Source of the DNA: Escherichia phage vB_EcoS_Uz-1 | Sequence record: OP312987.1 | Direction: 5' to 3' (one strand) | Length of the DNA stretch: 64,000 nt | Position numbers and translations under genes: made by a program | Part shown: piece after piece, positions 18,936 through 30,900 of the stretch | How the letters are laid out: each line of letters begins with the position of its first letter | Numbering within the stretch: the stretch's first letter is position 1 | Notes under the pieces: generated by a model | What the model was told of the DNA's origin: nothing | Databases searched by the model: none | Seen by the model: only the letters and a program-made list of their open reading frames with translations

Positions 18936-19778
18936 ATGATTATGTCTTGTTCTGCTGAGGTAGAAGCTAACCGACTCCTAGAAGAGTTGACTAAGGGTGA
19001 TGACTTTACCCTTCCCGATGTTGATATGACTGGTCCCGAATGGGATATCCCTGGTGGGGATGATTCTCCAATCTTTGGTGCTATTGATAAAATATCCAAC
19101 GAATCTCTTACTACTCGAGAAGTGGGTGGTAGTGGTACGTTTGATGCATTAATGGAATCTGCTCACAATCATCTTAAAGCTGAGTTTAAAGCTAACCGTA
19201 TTACTGGTGGTGAATATACCAAAGCATACATTGCTATGATGGAATCTTGCATGAGCAATGCTGTTCAGTTCTTACTTGGTCGTGACCAGGCATACTGGGC
19301 TGCTGCTATGGCACAGATTCAAGCAGTTACTGCTCGTGTTCAACTGGCAACGTCTAAAGCACAGTTTGTGCTGGCTAAGATTCAGGCACTGTCTGCTAAG
19401 AGTGAGTATGCTCTTACTAAGATGAAGATTGCTACTGAGTCTGAAACGTACTGTGCTGCACTGTTTAACGCTAACCAGATGTTACCTCAACAGCTTAAAT
19501 TGCTTACTGAGCAGACTGAAGCACAACGTGCACAGACACTTGATACCCGTAGTGATGGAGCTACTGTTACTGGTTCTGTAGGTAAACAGAAAGAGTTGTA
19601 CTCACAACAGATTACTTCTTACCAACGTGATGCAGAAGTTAAAGCATCCAAGCTGTTTACTGATGCATGGATTACTCAGAAGACTATTGATGAAGGCTTG
19701 AATCCACCTAATGGTTTCACTAATGCAAGTATTGATACCATTCTGACCAAGCTGAAGTCTAACAACGGGCTGAACTAA
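18936..19778 (+). CDS. hypothetical virion protein
   Basis: 280-aa ORF with AGAGGA SD (ATG 18936 or 18942). Confidence 0.6.
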   Translation: MIMSCSAEVEANRLLEELTKGDDFTLPDVDMTGPEWDIPGGDDSPIFGAIDKISNESLTTREVGGSGTFDALMESAHNHLKAEFKANRITGGEYTKAYIAMMESCMSNAVQFLLGRDQAYWAAAMAQIQAVTARVQLATSKAQFVLAKIQALSAKSEYALTKMKIATESETYCAALFNANQMLPQQLKLLTEQTEAQRAQTLDTRSDGATVTGSVGKQKELYSQQITSYQRDAEVKASKLFTDAWITQKTIDEGLNPPNGFTNASIDTILTKLKSNNGLN

Positions 19779-19779
19779 T

Positions 19780-20916
19780 ATGGGCTTATTCAGTGGGAAG
19801 ACCAAAGTATACGTAGCATCCTCTGTCTATAACATGGCAGGGGATATACATAAGCGTCCAAACTATATGAAGACTGTAGTCATCGGTAAGATTGTTGCTG
19901 ATACAGGATTCACTATGGCAGATACTATCTCTGATAGTTATCTGAATGGACCGGGTATTCGTATGCGACTGTTCTCCAGCTGGAGTAAGAACCACTATGA
20001 CTCAGAAGTTGGTATGGCAGGAGCTTCATTAGGTGTGCTGGCAAAGATTGACCCTACTGTTATAGAGGGTCAAATTACCCCACCTGCTGGAGAATCAGTC
20101 TATGTTCAGGCAGCAGAGATTGGCTTTGCTGACTTTGAGCAATGGTGTGACCAGTATCTTTATGAGAATGCTCCAAGTCGAATCATGGAACGATTCGACA
20201 TAGACATTGATGAAGATACCAATGAAATTACTATGACCTCCCTTGATGGAGGTTCTACCATTACATTCACACCTACTAACTTTGAACCAGGTGCTTTATA
20301 TCTCTATGCTGATTACTCATTCTATAAGTCCCCGGCTACCAATCCACCGGTAGTAGGACCGACTACTGTCTATGATGATGAAGATGACTTACCGTCTACT
20401 TTGTTGTGGACTACCATCTCAAGTGATACGACAGCTAATACAACCAATCTTACTAAGACTATACAGACCCATTCTGTTTACTCTGATGGTAGGCCGGATG
20501 AAGACAGTACTGTTACTGAACCAAGTGTGGATAACTGGAACTCTTATGTTAAGGTTTACCGTAGAGGATTCACTGAAAAGCCTGATGACGTAACTGTAGT
20601 TGTATCTGACAGAGTAATGACTCATACAAAGTTTGGTGAGGTTCAATCCAGTACTACTGTAACTACCAATGTTGTTAATTTAGGTGGTGGTGTTACTCGC
20701 ACTGACACAATCACCACAACTACAGAGACACTGGTTCGTAAGTACTCATCCCAGACTACTCGTACTGATACTGAGATGACTGCTGTTGGTACACCTAAGA
20801 TGCTTATCTATAAGCAGAACTCTGGCAACGTTGCACTTGATTCCCTGTTTGAGACTGAAGCTACTGATAATCGATTCTACCATTTATTCCAATCAGGAAT
20901 GATAAACAATGGGTAG
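19780..20916 (+). CDS. hypothetical virion protein
   Basis: 378-aa ORF, Thr-rich C-terminal half; the next ORF frame is open across its 3' end. Confidence 0.6.
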   Translation: MGLFSGKTKVYVASSVYNMAGDIHKRPNYMKTVVIGKIVADTGFTMADTISDSYLNGPGIRMRLFSSWSKNHYDSEVGMAGASLGVLAKIDPTVIEGQITPPAGESVYVQAAEIGFADFEQWCDQYLYENAPSRIMERFDIDIDEDTNEITMTSLDGGSTITFTPTNFEPGALYLYADYSFYKSPATNPPVVGPTTVYDDEDDLPSTLLWTTISSDTTANTTNLTKTIQTHSVYSDGRPDEDSTVTEPSVDNWNSYVKVYRRGFTEKPDDVTVVVSDRVMTHTKFGEVQSSTTVTTNVVNLGGGVTRTDTITTTTETLVRKYSSQTTRTDTEMTAVGTPKMLIYKQNSGNVALDSLFETEATDNRFYHLFQSGMINNG

Positions 20917-20987
20917 AGAATGACCCAATCTATCCTCACTGTAAGAAGGCACTCTATAAAGCTACTGGTGGTAAGCTCAATAAAGTA

Positions 20988-22433
20988 GTGACGGAGCTTA
21001 AGAAGAATGACGACATAGGTGATATTCAATACATCTATGGTACATTTGGTGTATCTCTTAATACTCCAGAAGATACGGCTAAGGAATACATCTACCGTTT
21101 CTTTCAGATGGCTACTGAAGCATTCCCACCTGACCCAACTTACCCTACATTGGAAGCAGTGATTGCAGGTTATCAGGCAGCAAATGATGCAGTCGATGCA
21201 TACGTAGAATGGTGGAACAGGCAGGAAGGTCAGATTGTTGGAACACCTCCATCTCTTCCAGAATACCCTGTTATACCTAAGCGAGAGTTTAGGATACATA
21301 GTAATAAGCAGTATAAGTACGACATGACCATTGGTTGGAACTACGTGTCTGAAACTACCCATTCCGGTGAAGCATGGGCTGGTGCTAAGCAAGGACAACT
21401 TCGAGCCAGATATGCAGGAGATATAACTCTTACCCGTAAGAACATACGTACTGCTAGTACCTACTGCTATGCTAACAAACTAGAAGTTACCACTACGTTT
21501 TATTCTATGCAGGAATACGAGTTACTTTGGCAGGATGGTAATGACACTTACCGTAAACTTAGAGTACTGGGTCTAAATCACAACAATAGGGTATATAAGA
21601 ATAAATCAGTAAGTATTGATGTTGCCGAAGCAATGGGAGATGCAGAGGAGAGTGGGTTCATTATCCCACTACACACTAATATTTACCGTTCAATGTCACT
21701 GGTTCGTAGTACACAACTGTCTACTGCCTGTTCCTACTTAGTGATGAACTCATACAAGAAAGTTAAGCAGAAATGGTATCAAACCTCTGCTTTTAAGATT
21801 GTGGTCGTTGTAGTTGCTGTCGTTGTATCTGTATTCACTATGGGTACGGGTGGTGCAGGTATACTTGGGGCATATGGTGCAGTTGGTGCATCTCTGGGTT
21901 TTGTTGGATTAGCTGCTGTAATAGTTGGTGCTGTAGCAAACGCCATAGCTGCAATGATTCTGGTATCCATTATTACTAAAGTATCTACTTCACTGTTCGG
22001 TGATAAGCTAGGTTTTATCATTGCTGCTATTGCCTCAATGGTAGCCATGAACGTTGGTACTGCTTTGTCTACTGGTACATCCTTATCCTCCCTAGCTGGT
22101 GAAATGATGAATGCTCAAAACATCATGCAACTTACCAGTTCGGTAGGTAATGGTATTAGTCAGTATATTAATGCATCCACGGCTGCTACTATTCAGAAAG
22201 CAGAGAATGTAATGCAGCAGTACAATACTGATATGATGGCAATCAATAAGCAGTATGAAGAAATGTTTGGTACTGCTGGGCAGGGTGTAATTGACCCTAT
22301 GCAATTTGTGTCAATGGAGTCGTTGGATTCTTTCCTCTCACGTACTCTTATGACTGGTTCGGATATAGCTGACATGTCTTTAAACATGGTTGGCAGCTAC
22401 TCTGATATGACTCTTAATACAGACCTTGTTTAA
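20988..22433 (+). CDS. virion protein with Gly/Ala-rich multi-TM segment
   Basis: 481 aa; ORF track start is GTG and the frame is open upstream to 20871 with no ATG; central ~110 aa hydrophobic Gly/Ala/Val-rich region. Confidence 0.55.
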   Translation: MTELKKNDDIGDIQYIYGTFGVSLNTPEDTAKEYIYRFFQMATEAFPPDPTYPTLEAVIAGYQAANDAVDAYVEWWNRQEGQIVGTPPSLPEYPVIPKREFRIHSNKQYKYDMTIGWNYVSETTHSGEAWAGAKQGQLRARYAGDITLTRKNIRTASTYCYANKLEVTTTFYSMQEYELLWQDGNDTYRKLRVLGLNHNNRVYKNKSVSIDVAEAMGDAEESGFIIPLHTNIYRSMSLVRSTQLSTACSYLVMNSYKKVKQKWYQTSAFKIVVVVVAVVVSVFTMGTGGAGILGAYGAVGASLGFVGLAAVIVGAVANAIAAMILVSIITKVSTSLFGDKLGFIIAAIASMVAMNVGTALSTGTSLSSLAGEMMNAQNIMQLTSSVGNGISQYINASTAATIQKAENVMQQYNTDMMAINKQYEEMFGTAGQGVIDPMQFVSMESLDSFLSRTLMTGSDIADMSLNMVGSYSDMTLNTDLV

Positions 22434-22890
22434 CAGGAGAATCCCCATGGATTTGTCATTCTTAACAGGCAACCAAACCCCACAGCCAGCTGCTATGTCT
22501 TGGATGTCTAATAACAATCAGAACTTTAATACCCCAGCTATGAACTACAATCCGGGTGCAGCTATTGGTATGAATGCAGGTACAGGATTAACTACCCCTA
22601 CCTCTTTCTTATCTGGTTCAGCTAATCAGTTGGGTATGAACGTACCTACCTTCCAGCTAGGACTTGGTGCACTTGGTTCATTAGCCAATATCTATAGTGG
22701 TTTCCAAGCTAATAAGTTAGCCAAAGACCAGTTGAACTTTACTAAGAGTGTTACTAACACTAACCTGAATAACCAGATTAAGTCTTATAACACTGCACTG
22801 GAAGATCGTGCTCGTAGCCGTGCTACAGCAGAGAACCGTGACCAGTCTACTGCTGATGCTTATATTGCAGCTAATAAACTAACTCGTTAA
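22426..22890 (+). CDS. hypothetical virion protein
   Basis: 154-aa ORF overlapping the upstream gene end. Confidence 0.5.
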   Translation: MFNRRIPMDLSFLTGNQTPQPAAMSWMSNNNQNFNTPAMNYNPGAAIGMNAGTGLTTPTSFLSGSANQLGMNVPTFQLGLGALGSLANIYSGFQANKLAKDQLNFTKSVTNTNLNNQIKSYNTALEDRARSRATAENRDQSTADAYIAANKLTR

Positions 22891-22902
22891 TAGGAAACTA
22901 TC

Positions 22903-23769
22903 ATGGCTCAGATAACCTGGCGTAATGTTGATGCACCTAACTTCTCTGGAGTTGGTGACAGCATTCGCACATTTGGCAACATGATTGGTAACGCCACCTC
23001 CGGCTTAAGTGATGCACTGGGTAATTTCCAGAACGCTGCCAAGCAGGAGGCTGGTAATGCCGTCATGATGAATGCTATGCAGTACCAAGACCCAACTGAG
23101 TATCGTAATGCATTAGCATCTGGTGCACTGTTTCAGGGGGTTGACCCTTCATTGGTAAACCAGCGTACTCTCCAGAATCTGGATGAGCGAGCAGGTACTC
23201 TTCTGTCTCAGCAAGGTCAGCAGGGGATCAATGACTACAATGCTTATCGTTTTGGTCGTTTACAGAATACTGACTCTGCATTAGATAATGCTTCCCCAGC
23301 TATTCGTTTACTGTCTGAGGCTTATCAGTCTGGTGACCAGAATCGTATTAATGCTGCATTAGGTCAGACCCGTGAGGCATTATCTGCATTACCTGCTGAC
23401 CAACAACTGGATATGTTGAGTCGTCTACAAGGACAAGGTGGTCAGGCTATTAACCAAGCACAGAATCGTTTTGATTTGGGTGTGGCTCAACGTAATGATG
23501 CGGATAGTCAGGCAGCTATGGGTGTAATGTCACAGATTACCCGTGGTTCTGAGAACCTAATGATGCTCGTTTGTTGGCAGAGGCGTATAGTAAAAACCTG
23601 TCCCCTGTTGCACAGGCACGTTTACAGGAAATGCTTGCTCGTGCATACCGGTGTTTATGGTAATAATGTTGGTGCTACGTCTGCTCCGGGTACTGCTGGT
23701 ACTCGTCAGGGTTCCCCTTATGATGTTACTTACCAATTTGCTGGTACATCTACCCTATTACTCAAATGA
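22903..23769 (+). CDS. hypothetical virion protein
   Basis: 288-aa ORF with AGGAAA SD; Gln/Asn/Ala-rich; the 3' part has an alternative protein-like frame between 23570 and 23660. Confidence 0.55.
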   Translation: MAQITWRNVDAPNFSGVGDSIRTFGNMIGNATSGLSDALGNFQNAAKQEAGNAVMMNAMQYQDPTEYRNALASGALFQGVDPSLVNQRTLQNLDERAGTLLSQQGQQGINDYNAYRFGRLQNTDSALDNASPAIRLLSEAYQSGDQNRINAALGQTREALSALPADQQLDMLSRLQGQGGQAINQAQNRFDLGVAQRNDADSQAAMGVMSQITRGSENLMMLVCWQRRIVKTCPLLHRHVYRKCLLVHTGVYGNNVGATSAPGTAGTRQGSPYDVTYQFAGTSTLLLK

Positions 23770-24029
23770 GTATTGGTGATGTAATTAAACACCAGGATGG
23801 TATGAAGACGAACCAAGGTGCTTCACCTGTTGGTGCATTCCAAATTAACCAAGCTACTCTGAAAGACTTCGCTCCTAAAGTTCTTGGTTCAGATTGGCAA
23901 AGCCAGCCTCTTTCTCCTGAGAACCAGGATAAGATTGGTAAGGCTATCTTTGAGGCCCGTAAGAATGGCAACCTTAAAGATACCTGGGCTGCACTTCCTA
24001 ACTCTACCCAGGTGCTTATAAGGATATGA
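23766..24029 (+). CDS. hypothetical protein
   Basis: 87-aa ORF, ATGA start-stop overlap with neighbours on both sides. Confidence 0.45.
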   Translation: MSIGDVIKHQDGMKTNQGASPVGAFQINQATLKDFAPKVLGSDWQSQPLSPENQDKIGKAIFEARKNGNLKDTWAALPNSTQVLIRI

Positions 24030-24862
24030 CTTGGGAACAGATTAAACCTGTTATTGCTCAAGCCGAGGTGGGAGCTGACCCACTCGCTATGGTTCAGAAT
24101 AATCAAGGTAATCAGGCAGTATCTACTCTGGCTCAGGGTATGATTGGTACACGTTCTATGCAGGATAACACCGGTAGTCTTAACACTGACTTCCTTGGTA
24201 CTGTCACTGATAATACCCCAGTAGGTGAGATTGCTAACCGTTTGTTGGAAGGTGACTTTAAAGGTGCTGACCGTAACTGGGTACTGAACCGACTGAATGA
24301 TATTTCTCAACGTGGGAATATGTCACCAGCTATGGCTGCTGCTGTTATGCAACGTGCACAGACCGGTGTTCCAGAAGGTTATATTAGTCGTGCTATTGAT
24401 GCAGTTAACCCATTCATTACCAATGAAGCTGGTAATGGTATGCGTCTTAATGACCGTCTGGTAGATCAGTTAATTGAGGGTGTACAACGTGGTGAACCAC
24501 TGGAAGGTAGTGTGCGTAATCTTGGACGTGCTCAAGCTATGCAGAATATTCAGGCAGCACAGACTGCTTATGATGCTGCTGTAGCTGCACTGACAAATAC
24601 CCAGAACAAGATTAACACTGGACAAACTGGACTTACTGCACTGTTACCTGCACGTCAGGAAGCTGTTACTAAAGCTGCTGCAATGCTTCAAGCTGCCCAA
24701 GCTCAAGTACAGGCTGACCCAGCTAACCTGGCTCCAAGAGGTTTTCAGTCTCAGGCTAGTGTGGACAGGGCACGAGCCAAGGAAGATGAAGAACGTGCTG
24801 CACGATACTTACGTCAGGCACAAGGTTTGCCTGAGTATATGCAACCAAGACAAAATCGGTAA
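24026..24862 (+). CDS. hypothetical virion protein
   Basis: 278-aa ORF, ATGA overlap with upstream gene, followed by a strong terminator. Confidence 0.55.
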   Translation: MTWEQIKPVIAQAEVGADPLAMVQNNQGNQAVSTLAQGMIGTRSMQDNTGSLNTDFLGTVTDNTPVGEIANRLLEGDFKGADRNWVLNRLNDISQRGNMSPAMAAAVMQRAQTGVPEGYISRAIDAVNPFITNEAGNGMRLNDRLVDQLIEGVQRGEPLEGSVRNLGRAQAMQNIQAAQTAYDAAVAALTNTQNKINTGQTGLTALLPARQEAVTKAAAMLQAAQAQVQADPANLAPRGFQSQASVDRARAKEDEERAARYLRQAQGLPEYMQPRQNR

Positions 24863-24871
24863 TACTAATAA

Positions 24872-24894
24872 AAGCCCTTCGGGGCTTTTTTCTT
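24872..24894 (+). terminator. intrinsic terminator
   Basis: AAGCCC-TTCG-GGGCTT hairpin followed by TTTTTT. Confidence 0.8.
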
Positions 24895-24955
24895 AACAGG
24901 CTTACTGTAGAGTAAGCTTCCTATATACGATATAAGTTTGAACAGGAAACATGCT

Positions 24956-27900
24956 ATGTCAACATTTGACCGTCTGGCAGGTTTCGCAGACAGCATCACT
25001 AATGCTAAGCAAGTCGATGTCTCTACTGCAACCTCCCAGAAGCAAGCTGCACAAGGGCAAAGCCCTTTCCAATTAACCCCAGAGAATGCTTACAATCTCC
25101 AAACAGGTCGTGTAGGTAATCTTGGAATCGGTGCATTCGAACCAGGTTCACTTCAGGCAGATTTCACTCAAGCCTCCCCATTAGAAATTCTTAATAAATA
25201 CGGTAATGAGCAAGGTCTACAGATTCTTAATAGCCGAGCTAATGCTGCTGATGCTGTACGTCAGGACTTATCTAAACAACGTACTAACGCAGAAGCATTT
25301 GGCGATACTCTTTCTGGTGTTGGTCTTGGTGTTGCTAATACCCTTGGGGGCATTGCTGCTCTTGGTACAGGTCTGGTCAATGATAATGCCGGGGCATCCA
25401 TTGCTTCTGGGATGGATTGGCTGAATGAAGGTGTACATAATCTACAGTCTGATGCACTGAATGCTACCCGTAAGGTTGTTCAGAATCAGAACCAGATTTC
25501 TGCACAAAAGAACCAGAAGCTCTATAAGCAAGACATTAAAAATGGGGAGAGCAATTTAGTTGCCTCCTTGTCTCGTATTGGTCGTGACGCTTTTGATTCT
25601 GTTGCTAATACACTCGATAATGGTATGTCTGCTACTGACGGGTTAAGTGAGGGTGTTGGTTCCCTCTTTACTGGTGGTCCACTCATCCGTGGTGTATCTG
25701 CACTTGGTAAAGTAATGGTAGGTGGTAATAAAGCTGTTAAAGGCATTACCCTAGCTGCTGAGTTAGGTTCACGTCCTGCACAGGTTGCATTGTCTGCTGG
25801 TCGTGTTGCTGCACCTGCTATTGCAATTGGTGGTATGGAAGCAGGTGGTGCATACCAACAGACTGCTTCTGAAATCATGAAGATGCCCATCAATGAATTG
25901 GCAAGTAAGTCTCCTGTTTATCAACAACATATTGCTGATGGTTTATCTCCTGATGAAGCACGTCGTCAGACTGCATCTGAGACAGGTATCACTGCTGCTG
26001 GCTTAACTGCTCCAGTTGCTGCTGCTACCGGTCCACTGGTATCTCGCTTTGAACTTAACCCACTTAAGGTAGGTTCACTGGCTGGTGCTGGCTCTAATAT
26101 GCTGCGTGAAACTGTAGAAGAAGGTATTCAGTCTGGTACAAGTCAGTTTGCACAGAACAAGGCAATTCAGGGTAATGTAGATGCTAAGCGTGATTTGCTT
26201 AAAGGTGTCGGTGAGCAAGCAGGTCTTGGTGCACTTTATGGCTTCGGTAGTGCTGGTGTTGCTCAGGCTCCAGGTGCAACTGTTAAAGCTGTTGGTGCTT
26301 CTGCTGGGCCTGCTTTACGTACTACTCTGGCAGGTGCTTCTCTGGTTGGTAAGGCATTAGCAAAAGTAGCCTCTCCTCTTACTAACATCCTGGTTCAACG
26401 TGGGGAAGAAGTTGCTAAGCGCAATGAGCAAGCATCCCCTGTAGCTGATGCTACGGTTAATGCTGCTGCACAGGAAGCTGCTTCTCAGGCAGAACAAGCA
26501 CAGGCAACTGTACAGGAAGCAGTAGATGCAATGGACATCTCTCCAGAAGAGAAGGCTGCTGCTACCCAGTATGCTGCTGACTTAACTCAGGCAATGAAGT
26601 TTGACCCTGTAGAATTGGAACAAGCTAACCCAGTAATCCGTGAAGCTGTTTCTGGTTCCACTAACCGTGTAGAAGCTATTCAGAAAATGGCTGACTTGGT
26701 TAATACTGCTGAAGACCCTAACGTTCAAATGGAAGCTGCAATCCAGATGTATGACAATATCATGTCTATGGATAGCTTCATTAATCGTGACCCGGGTGCT
26801 CTGGCTAATCTGGAACAGGGATCTCCTGCTGCTACAATCGTAGACCAGTTCTCCGGCCTGATGGCTAACGTACAGAATACCCCTAAAGTACTTCGTGCAT
26901 TCCGTGCCATCCATTCCATGATTCAGGAACAGGCTGAAGCAGGTAAGCTGAAGGCTACTGAAGAAGCTAATCAAGCCCAAGCAAACAACATTGCTATGGC
27001 TGCCGATGTATCTCCAGAAGTACTGGATGCAGATTCAGTGAACATGGTTCTGAAACATGCAAGTGAAGGTAAGATTACACTGGGGAATCGTCAACGTGCT
27101 GCCCTGCAATCTGCTGCTGCCTTGTTACAGGGTGCACGAGAGTTCGACGCTAAAGCAGAAGAACTAGGCTTACGTCCTCAGGACATTGTTAGTAAACAGA
27201 TTAAAACCGACGAGTCTCGTTCTAATGAAGGACAGTACTCTGCGTTGCAACATGCGAAACGCATTCGTTCTGCGTATAACTCTGGTAACTTCGATTTGGC
27301 CTCCGCTTATCTGAGCGACTTTATGAAGTTCGCCCAGCACATGCAGAATAAGGTCGGAGCGTTGAATGAGCATCTGATTTCGGGGAATGCGGATAAGAAT
27401 AAGTCTGTCCATTATCAGGCTCTCTCGCCTTCCCGTGAATGGGTACGTAGTCGTACTGGTCTTGGTGTCAATCCGTATGATACCAAGTCGGTTAAGTTTG
27501 CCCAGCAAGTAGGACTGGAGGCCAAGACCGTAGCTGATATTGCTAACGCACTTGCTACGGCTTACCCGGAGCTTAATGTTTCTCATGTGAAAGTTACCCC
27601 ATTGGATTCACGTCTGGACAAGCCTGCTGCCCAGGTAGTTAAAGAGTTCCGTCAAGGTGGTCTTGATGCCACTCAGTCTCAACAGACTAATGAACCAGTG
27701 AATCAGGTTGATGAAACTCCTGCACCTGTGCAAGAGGCCACTACTACTGTACAGCCTAAAGCTAAACCAGTGGTAGAAAATAAGACTGTTCCTGTTAAGG
27801 AGACTAGTTCAAAAGCAGAAGAAGTCTCTACTACCGAATCCGAAAGGGATGCTTATGTGAAAGAAAATACTATTTCACAGGACATCCTCAATAAGAGTGG

Positions 27901-30900
27901 TGATCGTAGAGAGAGTCCTTGGCTCTTTGCTGATGGTACTGTTGTTGGTTCTAACGGTGATCACATTAGCCTGTCCGATGTATTTGGTCACGATGGTTAT
28001 CGTGATATGTCTCTGGACACTGGTGCTGTACGCTCCACTTTCTACAAAGGTAGTGAGCAACCATTTGTATCTCTGCAATTGTTTGATAATCAGAAGTTGA
28101 CTGCTAAACAGTTTGATACTGTTAAGTCCTTTGTTGATGCTAACAATGCACTGATTCAAGTAGGTGTAGATACTTCTGGTCGTAATACCAATAACGTTGA
28201 GAAGGTAGAGGTATCACTGGCTCAACTGAAAGCAGACTATACTGTTGGTGGTAAACCTTTGTCTGAGATGGAAACAGTGTTCCCTGTTTATAACAATGAC
28301 AAGACACCGAACCAGTTCCTTAAAGCATTTACCCTACCAGAAGAACCTAAGTCTCGTACCATTGGCTCTGAATCTCCTTTGACTGATGTTAAGAAAGCAC
28401 TGTCTTCTGCTGCTCGCTTTGAAGCATTCACTCAAAAAGAAAATAACGCTCTCACAAGTGATGTGATTAAGCGTTATCAGGACTTAATGGACTTTGGTGA
28501 AACCCTGAAGACTACCCTGTCTGACCGTCTGACTAAGTTCCTTGCTAACAAGAATGTCGGTAAACGCTTTGCAGAAGGTACTGAGGCTAACCGTTGGGTA
28601 GGTGGTAAGTTACTTAACATCGTAGAGAAAGATGGGGATACCTTTAAGTTTAATGACCAGTTGTTAGAGACTGCTGTACTTGCTGGTCTGCAATGGCGAT
28701 TGACTGCTACACAGAATGCTGCCGTTAAAGATATGAAAGACGTAGCTGCTATTACTGGTGTAGAAGCATCTCTGTTACCTGAAGGTATTCTGGCTGACTT
28801 CGAGAATGCTCAGACCCTGGTTGAAGCTACTAACTCACTGGCTCAAAAGATTGAATCTTATTGGGGTCTGAATCGTAATCCTAATGCACCACTGGGTTAT
28901 ACCAAAGGTATCCCAATGGCAATGGCTACGGAGATTCTGTCTTCTCTCATTGAGATGGGTGAAGTTAAAGAATCTATGCTTGATGTGTCTGAGATTGACC
29001 CAGATTCCAATAAGACTGTTGGTCTGTATACCATTGAGAAGCTGGATGACAATGATGCCATTAATAAATTCCCTACTGCTATTGAGGAAGCTGTCCTCTT
29101 AGAACCAGAAGAGAAAATGTACTTCGGTGACGACATTCCTTCCGTGGCTCAAACTCAGTTACGTAACCCGGCTGTTAAGAATACCCCTGAGCAGAAAGCT
29201 GCACTGAAAGCCGAACAGGCTACCGAGTTCCGTGTACACATGCCGATGGTTAACTTCTATGAAGCATTGGGACGTGACAACATTCTGGAACTGATGGGTG
29301 CTGGTACTCTTAACCCAGAACTACTGAACGTGAACACTGCTAAATCTCTGGAAGGTAAAAACCTGTCCGTATCCATGGCATATGATTCTCTGTTTGGTGT
29401 AATCAGCCAGATACGGGAACAAGAGAATGGACTGGATACACCTATCCATTACGGTTACAACATGACCCGTGTAGGTCGTATGCAGATGCTTGGTAAGAAC
29501 AACCCACAATCCAGTAAACTGGTTCGTGAAGCAATCTTACCGACTTTCTCTACTATCGACTTGAGTAATGAAAACAGCCAAGCGTTCTCTGACTTCCAGT
29601 TAGGACTGGCTCAGGCATTAGGCATCAAGGTACATAACATGTCCCGTGAAGCTATGTCTGAAAAGTTGACCAAGGCTCTGGAAGGTAATCTGAAACCTGC
29701 TGTTGATATGATGGTTGAGTTTGATAAGTCTGGGCACTTACCTGCTGATGCAGTAGATATTCTGAAGACCTCCTGGGTGGATGATAAATCCTTCGTAGCT
29801 CTCATGGCTCTGATGGAATATGCCCGTTACCTGAACAGTGATGACCGTGCCAACTTTACTACTCCACTTTACGTTGAAGCTGATGGAGTAACCAACGGCC
29901 CGATTAACGCAATGGTATTAATGACTGGTGGTAAGTTCACCCCAGACTGGATTAAGAATACTGCCAAAGGTGGCTTGTTCTTCGGCAAAGCTGGTAAGAC
30001 TATGAACGAACATCGTTCACAGGATGACAGTGTTGACCTGTATGAAGCATCTACCAATGGTCTGCAACAAGCCCTGAATGAGTTACGTACTACTTACCGT
30101 AACAACGTTCCGGTTATGAGCCAGATGAATCATCTCCAGAAGTTAATGGACCTGTTCATCAAAGACTTTAACCTGAACGAAGACGGTACTCTGGACCTGA
30201 AACGTGGTATCGCTAAAAACCCACTGACCATTACCATCTATGGCTCTGGTGCACGTGGTATTGCTGGCAAGATGGTTAGTGCAATTACTGACACCATCTA
30301 TGAACGCTTCAGTGACGTTCTGCAAGCACGGGCTGCTGACCCTAGCATTTCCCCGGCTATGGCAATGTTTGGTAAGGAGGCTGCGTCTGAGGCTGATGCT
30401 CAGGCTATGCTGGATACTTTCCTTACTTCTATGGAAGCACTGACTGGTAATGTTCCAGTTATGCGTAAAGGTGAATTGTCTATTCAGCAAGTAGAGGGTG
30501 CTCTGACTGGTAAGTTAGACCCTCAGAAATTTACCGTATCCGGTAACGCCCTGAAGAACTTACAGGAGAACATGCTCCATCTGTTCGTTGAACCAATGCG
30601 TACTGGTATCCGTAATACTGTTGGTGAAGGTCTGATGCACTCTACCGAGAACTTGCAGAAGGCTACCCAGATTCAGTCTCTGGTATTGCAGGATATGTTC
30701 CAACAAGCAGTACAGGCTAAGCTGGCAGAAAAAGAAAAAGACCCAACCTGGAAGAAGGGTGATTTCTTAACCCAGAAAGAACTGAATGAAATCCAGGAAT
30801 CATTGTCTCCATTGGCTCCAATGATTGAGACTGGTTCGCAGACTTTCTACATTGCTGGTAGTGAGAATACTGATGTTGCTAACCAAGTGCTGGCTACCAA

